Shown: positions 25,962 to 38,700 of the stretch, one piece after another
Layout: each line of letters starts with the position of its first letter
Numbering within the stretch: position 1 is the stretch's first letter
From: Octopus sinensis
Taxonomy: Eukaryota
Direction of reading: 5' to 3'
NCBI RefSeq assembly: GCF_006345805.1
Contig: NC_043002.1
Location: forward strand, 5,332,001 to 5,396,000
Length of the DNA: 64,000 bases
The notes under the pieces: model-generated
Database searches by the model: none
What the model saw: only the letters and a program-made list of their open reading frames with translations
Told to the model about the DNA's origin: nothing
Position numbers and translations under genes: made by a program

Positions 25962-26539
25962 GTAAAGTATACTAGCCATCTCAATATGGCTAACCACTAA
26001 AGGTGGGTGTTACTGTAGCTTTTAGCCCCAGGAGATCATCGTCTCCAGCTGGCTTTAAGCACACTTTCTGTGCCCTTATGGTATTTGCAAAGGGAGGTCA
26101 TCCCTCTCTCGTCAACCTAAGTGATACGCACAGACTGCAGTTTCTAGGTATTTGCTTGTCTTTGGCGTATGGCAATCACCAGTTTTCAATGAAGGGAGAC
26201 CGTTTGCAAATACTTATTTAGTTTTTCCAGTAACTTCCATCACTGATTTCGAAAAACTGTCTGCAAGCAATAATAAATCTCTGAAAGAGATGTAAACAGT
26301 AACCGCTCGACAACGTAAAGTATACTAGCCATCTCAATATGGCTAACCACTAAGGGTGGGTGTTAGCAAATACCATAAGGGCACAGGAAGTGTACCTGAA
26401 GCCAGCTGGAGACGATGATCTCCTGGGGCTAAAAGCTACAGTAACACCCACCCTTAGTGGTTAGCCATATTGAGATGGCTGGTATACTTTACGTTGTCGA
26501 GCAGTTACTGTTTACATCTCGTTCAGAGATTTATTATTA
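25962..26539. repeat. Direct plus inverted duplication forming a foldback
   Basis: Unit 25962-26088 recurs inverted at 26366-26493. 26268-26365 and 26441-26539 are reverse complements. A diverged related segment lies near 26820-26905. Confidence 0.85.
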
Positions 26540-27577
26540 CATTGAATAATGTAGTAAGGAAAAGACAGAGAAATATGGTCACATTTGGTTGCTATATACC
26601 TGATAAGGGATCTCTGTAGGTATGGTTTTCCTGGAACAAAGCATTCACAGTACCAACCACTTCTCAAAATTAGTCTCAAAGTATCTCATTTTACCTTGGG
26701 AAAAATATTCATTAGAAATATTAAATTTCTAAATATCTCAGAGAGAGATTTGAGTGGTGGTGGAGCAATAGAGCGGTTGTATGTTGTCAACTTAACGTGA
26801 CAGTCCCGTAAAGGGAATTACACCACCACTATTTAGCCCTAGGAAGCATCGACGCTTCTTATCGGCTTTGACACATTTCCTGTGTCCTTATATTTGCGAA
26901 GGGGAGACAAGCACCCCCAACAGCTAGGCCAGCATCTAGAGACATGCATGTTTCTGAATCTTTGCTCATCATCAGTCTGGAGTAGCATGGTCTGCTAGTT
27001 GAAGATGCTTGTAAAGCCTTCGCAAATATATATATTTTCAGTGAAGTTTGTTCACTGATCACCAAAATTAGAAATATTAAATTTCTAAATATCTCAGAGA
27101 CATATGAGTGGTGGTGGTGGTGGAGCGATTATTAAATTCATAATTCGATTTTGGAGATTTCATTTTAACTCATTCATTTTCCTTTCAAAAAACAGGAAAT
27201 TGTTTTGATGGAATTAATTTATAACAATACAAATGACTACAGATATTGTAGGAACTGACAAGCAAGCTCTTCACAAAAATGACACTTAATGTATTTATTT
27301 GTATATTTATTGTCCCAAAGAATACAAAGCTCTATGGCTGACAATATATAAGAAAATACAAAATAGTATAAAAAGGGAAAATAAAAAGAATTCTTAAAAT
27401 AATGAAGAATTTAATAAACTGTTTTTGATGATTTGCATATTTCATACAAATTCATGCACTCAGTCAGAAAACAAACATATATATGTATATGTATAAATAT
27501 ACATACATGAGTACATACATGCATATAAATATATAGCTATGATATTATATATATACATATATATGTCACATAATATG

Positions 27578-27609
<32 letters not shown>

Positions 27610-27738
27610 CATATATGTATTATATAATATATATAATATATATATTTATATCATATAATATATATAATATATATGTCATATATGTATATATAATATTCTA
27701 TAATATATATATATATATCTTATAATATATATATAAAA

Positions 27739-27775
<37 letters not shown>

Positions 27776-28440
27776 TATAATATATATATATAAAATATAT
27801 GTATAATATATATATATTATATAATATATATATAATATATATATATATACATATCATATAATATGTATAATATACATAATATCCTATAATATATATATCA
27901 TATAATATGTATAATATATATAATATTCTATAGTGTATATATATATATATATATATATATTTGTACACACATACATATGTGGTTTTTGATGTGAGTATAT
28001 GAATGCATATATCAAAATGATGTTAAAATAATTATTTATTTATTGGTCCACATTTTTCACTTGTTACAAAATATATTAAAATACGGAAATATATAAAATG
28101 AAAGAAAATATTTCTGGTATATAATGATGAATTTCATAAACCATTCTTAATGATTCCTTGTGTATTCCATACATATTCATACAATCATTCATAAAAACTA
28201 TCATACAGGCATACACATATATATGTACTTATAATGTAGGTATGTATGTATCTATGTATGTGTGCGTGTGCATGAGTATGTATATGTGCATATATACATA
28301 TAGTCATACACCTATGTTTTAATTTTTTTTTTATCCCTTATTTAATAATTCTTTCTTTGATGGTATTTTCAATATTTGTAAAAATTGTAGCATAGTCATA
28401 TGTGTAAGAGTGTGTGTGTGAATGTATCGCTCGCTCTCTT

Positions 28441-28513
<73 letters not shown>

Positions 28514-28543
28514 GTATATATATATATGTATATATATATAATG

Positions 28544-28576
<33 letters not shown>

Positions 28577-28958
28577 GTATATATATATATGTATATATAT
28601 ATATGTATATATATGATATATATATGTATATATATATATATATATTATATATACATATATATCTATATATATATATATATGTATATATCTATATATGTAT
28701 ATATATATATATGTATATATATATGTATATATATATCTATATATATATATATATAATATATATATATAAAATATATGTATATATATATAATATATATAAT
28801 ATATATATTATATATATATATGTTTGTATATATATATACACACTCACACACAACTATATATGTATACATATGTATAAACATATATTTGATATATACGTGT
28901 GTGTGCATGTGGGTTCTGTGTGTAAGAATGTATATAGGTATATGTACATGTATATATA

Positions 28959-29545
28959 CAGGGTGTCCCAGAATTAACTATCTATTTCAGTGAAATTGGA
29001 CAATTTTTGGACAATTTTTGTTAAAACTCACTTTTATTTATTTATCATGTTGAAAATGTGTTAAAAGTGTATAAATTTTTAATTTTGTTTATAATTTTAT
29101 AATTCTATTTTCGTTCCCTTTGGTCCCTGCTTATCGGTCCATGGCAGCTTTTTTTTTAATTTTTTAATTAGTTGCTCTACCTCCATCCACATGATGGAGC
29201 AATAGATTAACTGAACTCAAAGAATACATTCAGTTAGCAGTGCAGGAGATAACTCCTGAAATTCTTCAAAATGGGTTTCAAAATGCTAAGGATAAATTTG
29301 AAATTTACAGGGATAAAAATAAAGCATATACTCTTTTACTTGTTTCAGTCATTTGACTGTGGCCATGCTGGAGCACTGCCTTTAGTCGAGCATATCGACC
29401 ACCGAACTTATTCTTTTTTAAGCTGAGTACTTATTCCATCATTCTCTTTTGCCGAACTGCTAAGTTACGGGGACGTAAACACACCAGCATCGGTTGTCAA
29501 GTGATGTTGTGAGGACAAACACAGACGCACAAACATATACACATG

Positions 29546-29638
<93 letters not shown>

Positions 29639-29943
29639 ATGGGCTTCTTTCAGTTTCCATCTATCAAATCCACTAACAAGGCTTTGGTCGGCCCAAGGCT
29701 ACAGTAGAAAACACTTGCCCAAGGTGCCACGCAGTGGGACTGAACTCAGAACCATGGGGTTGGTAAGCAAGCTACTTACCACACAGCCACTGCTACACAT
29801 GTTGAAAATTTTCAGTAAAGTTTTGACGAAAGATTTACAAATCCATTTTGGTATCCTAATTAAGCAATAAATATAAGGTTCTGTCAGCTTTTTAAAATTT
29901 GCCTGATCTCATTGACATAGATAGTTAATTCCAAGACACCCTA
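28959..29943. mobile_element. Tc1/mariner-type non-autonomous element containing a family C SINE
   Basis: Imperfect ~45-bp TIRs (cagggtgtcccagaattaactatctat ... / ... atagatagttaattccaagacacccta) flanked by TA. Confidence 0.7.
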
Positions 29944-30989
29944 TATATGTGTGTGTATGTGTATTTGTACTTTATTTTGCCAATAAACATGTGCACAGAT
30001 GGTAGTTCACAGTAATTTTATTGTTAAACGATCAATAAATCGTTAACTATTGATAAGTATGAAACTGAAGTGAGCTACAACCAGTGCATGAGTTTATTAA
30101 CAGAATGAGCCTTCTAAAGTTAAAATATGTCAGTTTCAACCAAAGATTTCATATCAAATTACTTCAAAAACAATTCCACACTTTCACACACACAACACAC
30201 ACACACACACACACACACGCGCGCGTGTATATATACCTACATAGAGATACATGCATATAATGTATGCATATGTATATGTGTGTGTGTATGTATGTGTGTG
30301 TGTGTGTGTGCATACGCATGTACATATATACATGTATATATGTGTGTATGCACACACATAATATATACGTACAATACCTTAATAAAACTGGGTGTTTATT
30401 TTGAGCAAGTACTTGATGTGTTATTAATACATTATTAGAAGCTTGTTATTAAACTGAAAAAGTAGGGGTCAGTTTATGTTGCCATGGATTCCTTCCCTTG
30501 ATATGTTCACTCTGTGAGATATTCTTCTGTATGTCATTTCTTTGATTCATTCCTTCTACTACATCATCGCCATAATATTCTTCATCATCATCATCATCCA
30601 AAGTTTTGCTGTCAACAGCATCGTGGTTCATCAGTGTATATTACTGACAGTTGTTGTAATCATAGTGTTCTGATATCAGACTCACTTTTATCCCTATTCT
30701 CATCATTATCACCAGCACCAGTAATCATTACCAGTATTGTTGTAATCATTTTTGTCTGTCATCGTCATAATCATCATCACTGTTCTTATTGATTCCGTCA
30801 TCGTCATTGTCTGTCTTTATTGTCATCATTTTCATTGTCATATGAAGTAATATTTTTTTCTTTTATTTAAGTTCATTTGTGTGTATGTGTATGCATGTGT
30901 GTGTATGTGTGAATATAAAAATCATATACATGAAACATGTATATATGAAATGTACATATGTATTAAATAACATTTAAATGTACATGTAT

Positions 30990-31044
30990 ATACATTTTAT
31001 ATCCACTCACACATACTTAAATATGTATATGTGTGCTTATGTGG

Positions 31045-31088
<44 letters not shown>

Positions 31089-31159
31089 ATATATATATAT
31101 ATATATGTATGTATTATATATATATATTATGTATGTATATATAATATATATATATATAT

Positions 31160-31199
<40 letters not shown>

Positions 31200-31366
31200 A
31201 TATATAGTATGTATATATATATATATATATGTATGTATATATATATATATGTATGTATATATATGTATATATATATATTATATATATGTATGTATATATA
31301 TATATATGTATATATTATATATGTATATATATATGTATAATATATATGTATATTATATTATATATG

Positions 31367-31400
<34 letters not shown>

Positions 31401-31414
31401 ATATATATATAATG

Positions 31415-31495
<81 letters not shown>

Positions 31496-31509
31496 GTATA
31501 TTATATATG

Positions 31510-31540
<31 letters not shown>

Positions 31541-31590
31541 TATGTATATATATATATGTATATATATATGTATATATATATATGTATATA

Positions 31591-31660
<70 letters not shown>

Positions 31661-31854
31661 TATATATGTATATATATATATATGTATCTATATATATATA
31701 TATGTATATATATTATGTATATATATATATATATATTGTATATATATGTATATATATATATGTATGTATAATATATTCTATATAATATATATATATGTAA
31801 TATATATATATATAATATATATATATATGTATGTATATATATATATGTATGTAC

Positions 31855-31902
<48 letters not shown>

Positions 31903-32120
31903 ATATATATATTATATATATGTATGTATATATATATATATGTATGTACGTATATATATATATATATATATGTATGTATGCATGTATGTATGTATGTATG
32001 TATAATATATTCTATATAATATATATTATATATATATGTACATATATCTAGTATGTTATATAATATATATCATACAATACATTGTGCATATATATATATA
32101 TATCATATAATATATATTTA
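30990..32120. repeat. Large compound (TA)n/(TATG)n microsatellite (others at ~10620-11010, 27480-27980, 28430-28860, 45460-46060; (TAA)n at 32710-32790)
   Basis: Directly visible simple repeats; they account for most Y/I/M/C/V-rich ORFs in the track. Confidence 0.95.
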
Positions 32121-32178
32121 CATAGAAAGAATTTAGACTGCGCACCACCTCAACCAATTCTGTGTCCCACAACTTCAC

Positions 32179-32366
32179 TCAGCAGGGATTCATTACCATA
32201 AAGTTTGGTGATTCGTACAAACTGTTGAGGAAGCTCTCAGTCTCAGGCGATGCTGCTTCGGTTTTCCGTTTGATGATGTAGTATGGAATCAAAGCTAACA
32301 CCACCAGCAGGACAGGAACGACCAAACATATGGCGACTATTTCTACTGTGGTCACTGTTGGCTTCA
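32179..32366 (-). CDS. Transmembrane and cytoplasmic-tail exon ([61 protein letters not shown])
   Basis: ttacttttttag|TG AAG; ~23-residue hydrophobic run followed by KRK; FxNxxY motif; stop at 32179. A possible donor (ATG|gtaatg) after 32197 leaves the true C-terminus uncertain. Confidence 0.85.
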
Positions 32367-32724
32367 CTAAAAAAGTAAATAAAAATAGCATTACTACTAC
32401 TACTACTACAATCATCACCACCAATAATAATAATAATTGTTATAAATTTTGGCACAATGCCAGCAATTTCACGGGAAGGGGTGAGTCAATCACATCGACC
32501 CCAGTACTCAACTGGTACATGTTTTATCAATCCTTAATGAATAAAAGGCAAAGTCGACCTTGGTGGAATTTGAACTCAGAATGTGAAGACAGTCAAGAAG
32601 CAGCTAAGTATTTGGGGTTGTTTGACATGCTAACGATTCTGCCAGCTCATCATCCTAAAAGAAATTAACATTCCCATGCCAGGAATCAAACCCAGGCCAC
32701 CTGGGAGATAATAATGATAATAAC

Positions 32725-32790
<66 letters not shown>

Positions 32791-35700
32791 CCTTTCTACT
32801 ATAGGCACAAAACTTCAAATTTTGAGGGAGGGGACTAGCGAATTACATAGATCCAGTACTTATCTGCTACTTATTTCATTGACCTTCAAAAAAATGAAAA
32901 GCAAGGTCAACCACAAAAGGAATTTTGGACTCAGAACGTAAAGAGCCACAAGAAATACACCAAGCATTTTGTTTAACGCAGTAAGGATTCTACCAGCTTG
33001 ATGCCTTTTTTCAACTCTAGGCACAAGGTCTGAAATTTTGGAGGAGGAAATAATTATATTGACCTCAGTATGGAACTGGTACTTGATTTATAAACTATGA
33101 AAAGAAAAGTCAACCTTCATGGCATTTGAACTTAGAAAGTGATTATAGTATACAAATCTTGATTAAATCAATCCCTATTAAAGAAGAAAAGACTCATTGG
33201 ACAATTTCATCCTTGAACTGCAAAAAGACAAGAGAGTCACAGCTGGAATGTATTTGATCATAAACCTGTATATCAGAGCTGATGTGGAGGCCAGCAATGG
33301 AACTTCTACATGATTGCTTAAATTGCAAGAAACAGCTGCCGAATGTTCCAGTTTCACACTCAAGTCTTTAGCAAGCTGAGACATGTTGGAGAATGGACCC
33401 CTAGGTATATCACGTGTGGAATTAAAACAGGAAAATCACATGTGGAGTGTTTGCTTTGACAAAACTTGGGTCTAAAAAACAACAGCAACAAGCAAAATAA
33501 TCAACATTTCATTAATCTAATTATTAATCTAATTAATAGCAACACTCAATACAAACATTGCAAGCTAAAGAGAGGGTCTCTAAGTAGTTATTCAGTCAGC
33601 AAGAAATAGCAGCCAAATCTCCCTCAAATCACATTTTGCAATCTTAAAAAGGAAGGACATGGAAACTGTGCTCCTGGCTGTGAAACATTTGAACATAGCT
33701 CTGCTTGATTAGGGGTGATTTGGGGCTGTACAATAACAACAATAGTGATACAAACATCAGTCTTTAAGTCACAGTATTATTAATTAATCATATTTAATAT
33801 TAATTACCCGGTTCAGGTATTCCTGTTGTGCAGTTAAGACATACACCTGAGCTATTAGTTGTTGGAGGTAACACTGGAAGTAGAAAAGGAATTATTAGAT
33901 TGAAATAAGTTTTTACTATTTTTTTCTGGTTTCTGTCAATGGATGGCAACCATCCTGAGACATTGTCTTGAAGATCTTTAACCCTTTAGCATTGAAACCA
34001 GCCATATCTGGCCAAAAGTATTCTGCCTGTTTTATGTTCAAACTGGCCAGATCTGCTCTCTCACACCAACCCTACAATATCGTTTTAAAAATTAACAGTT
34101 ACCTCATCAAAATCTCATAACTACAAGATAATGCTTGATTAGTTCAAAACAGTGTGGATAAAATAGGATTAATTTTGGCAGAATAATGCAAACACTAAGG
34201 GGTTAAAGAAAAGGAAAAGTTGATGTGGGCAGGATTAAAACCCACAAAATAAAGGGTCATCAAATCAATACCATAAAGTATTTCATGTATTCCACAACTT
34301 ATTCTACTAATTCCTTAGTTTTATTTTATTTATATTTCTTTTTAATTTCTTTTTGATGTGTTTCTATCATAAATGCTCCAGCACTACTTCATAGAGCATC
34401 AATTCTAACTTCGGTGTAGGCAGCTTACTATTTCCAAGAGCGAACATAGAACCTTTGTGTGGAGCATTCTTATTTCTTTATTGCCCACAAAGGGCTAAAC
34501 ACAGAGGGGACAAACAAGGACAGACAAACGGATTAAGTCGATTACATCGACCCCAGTGCATAACTGGTACTTAATTTATCGACCCCGAAAGGATGAAAAG
34601 CAAAGTCGACCTCGGCGGAATTTGAACTCAGAATGTAGCGGCAGATGAAATACCGCTAAGCATCTCGCCTGGCGTGCTAATGATTCTGCCAGCTTGCCGC
34701 CTTCTGTGGAGCATTCTATTAGTATACAACTACACTATTTCTAAGTATAACATCAGCATCACCATCCAGTGTACTGTAGCCATCAAGGGTCGTTAACATC
34801 TTGTATTTGCAAGATTTGGAGCAATTAGCATGTGAGGCACCACTCTAAAATAGACACAACTAATTTCTGTGGTGTGAACTGGAATAACATGAATGAAGTA
34901 CCTCGCTTAAGGATGTAATGTTCTACCTAACCTGAGAATTGAACCCATGGCATTATGATTATAAGTCTGGTGCCACATAAAATGCACTGGAGCCTGGTGC
35001 AGCGGTCTGGTTCACCAGCCCTTAGTCAAAATCGTCCAACCCAGGAAAGTGGACGTTAAATGATGATGATGATGTGTATATGTATATATAAATATATATA
35101 TATGCATAATTATATGTAAAAAGCACTGTTGATAGTGCCACGTAAAAAAAGCATCTAGTACACTCTGTAAAGTGGTTGGCATTATGATATGAAGGGCATC
35201 CAGCTGTAGAAACCAGGCCAAAACAGACCATGGAACCTGGAGTAGCCCCTGGGCTTACCAGTTCCTGTCAAACCATCAAACCCATGCCAGACTTTAGCTG
35301 TTGATGATAATGATGATGATTATGATTACGAGTCCAACAACCTAAGGAATAGGCCACCATGCATTCACAATCATACTATGTTGCCCTCCTGTAATTCATT
35401 CATCTTGTTACAATAACAGATGCTCTCGTTTCCTAACTGAGCATTTACTATTAATAAGACAATCCAAACATATGATTGCTCACCTCAATGTGCCCTTAAC
35501 ATATGTGCTCTTAAACATATGTAATTGTAGTCAATATAAACAAATATATTTGTAGCTCTCAAGGCATTAATGAATTCTGATTTCACACTAACGGATTATT
35601 TTTTTTTGTAACAAAGAGGTATATAAGCAATTGAAATCATCATCATCATCATCGCTTAAAGTCCGTTTTCCATGCTAGCATGGGTTGGTTGATTCGACCG

Positions 35701-38700
35701 GGGTCTGGGAAGCCAGGAGGCTGCACCAGGCTCCAGTCTAATCTGGCAGTGTTTCTACAGCTGGATGCCCTTCCTAACGCCAACCACTCCGTGAGTGTAG
35801 TGGGTGATTTTTATGTGCCTGGCGAGGCTGGCAATGGCCACAATCAGTTGGTGCTTTTTACGTGCCACGGGCATGGAAGCCAGTCGGCCACATTCGGATG
35901 GTGCTTTTTACGTGCCACCGGCACAGGGATCACAACTACATTTTCCATTGATTTTTGATGTTGATGTACTTGACTCAATAGGTCTCCTCAAGCACAGGGT
36001 CGAAACGGTGTTTCTTTACTTGCCACAGGAGTCAGTCGAGCGGCAGTTGCAACTGCCGGGTGCCTGTCATAGGATTGGTCTAATTTCGATTCCGATTACT
36101 GCAATATATCGTTATTGATTTTTACAAAGACTCAAATGTGGGTGATGGGATTATTCATACTCAATCAGTATTCAATTGGTTATTTAATCAACCCTAAAAG
36201 GGTGAAGGGTAAAGTTGACAGCCGTGGACTTGAACTCCAGGAGGAAACATGTGCAGCGAAATGCTGCAAGAATTTTGTCTGTCACTCTTTTGATTCTGCA
36301 AGTCCATAACTTGACTGCAGTTAATTATCAACTCTTGCTTGATTGGCTGATCCAACATCTCATCCCAGAAAGGCAAAACAAAGCTGGATTTAGTGCTAAT
36401 TGAACTCAGCACAGCAACTTATGCTTTGATTAATTTTCCCAGAGAGGCTGAGTGTCAGTGATTTTGTTACTGAGGAGGAAATAATTATATTGACCTCAGT
36501 ATGGAACTGGTACTTCATTTATAAACTATGAAAAGAAAAGTCAACCTTCATGGCATTTGAACTTAGAAGGTGATAATAGTATACAAATCTTGATTAAATC
36601 AATCCCTATTAAAGAAGAAAAGACTCATTGGACAATTTCATCCTTGAACTGCAAAAAGACAAGAGAGTCACAGCTGGAATGTATTTGATCATAAACCTGT
36701 ATATCAGAGCTGATGTGGAGGCCAGCAATGGAACTTCTACATGATTGCTTAAATTGCAAGAAACAGCTGCCGAATGTTCCAGTTTCACACTCAAGTCTTT
36801 AGCAAGCTGAGACATGTTGGATAATGGACCCCTAGGTATATCACGTGTGGAATTAAAACAGGAAAATCACATGTGGAGTGTTTGCTTTGACAAAACTTGG
36901 GTCTAAAAAACAACAGCAACAAGCAAACTAATCAACATTTCATTAATCTAATTATTAATCTAATTAATAGCAACACTCAATACAAACATTGCAAGCTAAA
37001 GAGAGGGTCTCTAAGTAGTTATTCAGTCAGCAAGAAATAGCAGCCAAATCTCCCTCAAATCACATTTTGCAATCTTAAAAAGGAAGGACATGGAAAATGT
37101 GCACCTGGCTGTGAAACATTTGAACATAGCTCTGCTTGATTAGGGGTGATTTGGGGCTGTACAATAACAACAATAGTGATACAAACATCAGTCTTTAAGT
37201 CACAGTATTATTAATTAATCATATTTAATATTAATTACCCGGTTCAGGTATTCCTGTTGTGCAGTTAAGACATACACCTGAGCTATTAGTTGTTGGAGGT
37301 AACACTGGAAGTAGAAAAGGAATTATTAGATTGAAATAAGTTTTTACTATTTTTTTCTGGTTTCTGTCAATGGATGGCAACCATCCTGAGACATTGTCTT
37401 GAAGATCTTTAACCCTTTAGCATTGAAACCAGCCATATCTGGCCAAAAGTATTCTGCCTGTTTTATGTTCAAACTGGCCAGATCTGCTCTCTCACACCAA
37501 CCCTACAATATCGTTTTAAAAATTAACAGTTACCTCATCAAAATCTCATAACTACAAGATAATGCATGATTAGTTCAAAACAGTGTGGATAAAATAGGAT
37601 TAATTTTGGCAGAATAATGCAAACACTAAGGGGTTAAAGAAAAGGAAAAGTTGATGTGGGCAGGATTAAAACCCACAAAATAAAGGGTCATCAAATCAAT
37701 ACCATAAAGTATTTCATGTATTCCACAACTTATTCTACTAATTCCTTAGTTTTATTTTATTTATATTTCTTTTTAATTTCTTTTTGATGTGTTTCTATCA
37801 TAAATGCTCCAGCATTTATAATTGTAACCCTCTATCAGAAATGATATTGAGCTAAATTCTAAATAGTTATCTCATATCAATGTGTGATCAATATATAATT
37901 ACCTCCTAAACATTATATAAGGGAAATCATTCAAAGCTTAGATAAATTCACTTACATTGATCTGTCATACATAAGAAAGTAAACTTCTCAAAACAAGAAA
38001 CCCTTCTCCAGAGTGCAGTTTGAAAGTCCATCACAAAACAGTTCCGACTGATATTATGTTCATTGAAGTAACTGGCGTGATCGTCATCGGATGTCTCACC
38101 ATGCATAAAGTTCAAGAAATCAACATTACTGTCATCAGACCAGTGCAGGATTCCTGCAAGTTTGATAAGGAAAACAGTTTAAGTCAATTAATAAAAATAA
38201 TCTTTCTAACATATAGGAATACTTGTAAGTGTGTATAGTTAAGAAATTTTGCTTTGCAAGCATAAAAGCCTTGAGTTCATGTCTATTATTAACCCTTTCA
38301 TTACTGTATTTCTTTTGAGATGCTCTGTGTTTCTTTCAATTACATTAAATATAACAAAGAATTTAGTAAAATAACTTAGTTATCATTCAGCTGGTGTTAG
38401 GAACATTAATTGTGACTAAGGTTTGGTGAAAGATTTTAATTCAAAACTTCTGAAAACAAGACATTTGTACTCAGAGCCAGAGCTGGTTTCAGCCGGGTGA
38501 GTAACGAAAGGGTTAAACACCAAACCAGCATTAGATTTACAAATTAAGCCAAAATCTTCAAATATCCGAATGATAAGAGCAAACTTCTGACAAGTTCTGC
38601 TCATTTGTTTCATTGTCCCTGTTTGCTGTTAGCTTATCTAACCTTAAGGATTCAAACTGTTTTATTACATTTATTGTACATGTGTTTACATATATATATA

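Larger units (their letters stand above)
33041..34383 (+). repeat. Intragenic duplication, copy A (partner 36472-37813)
   Basis: ~1.34 kb, differing from the partner by only a handful of substitutions that I could see. Confidence 0.95.

Noticed and set aside
26280-26320. CUGAACGA ... CUCGACAACGUA as a hammerhead, and the neighbouring unit as an HDV-like ribozyme
   Set aside because: Insertions in both core strands and no stem I; for the HDV fold I could not find P1 or P1.1.
30449-30631. Acidic ORF as a further cytoplasmic exon of the receptor
   Set aside because: Derived from (ATC)n-like low-complexity sequence; the nearest acceptor is followed immediately by an in-frame TAA.
33178-33384. 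68-aa ORF duplicated at 36609-36815 as an exon
   Set aside because: No lectin features or convincing phase-compatible splice sites; its identity is explained by the duplication.
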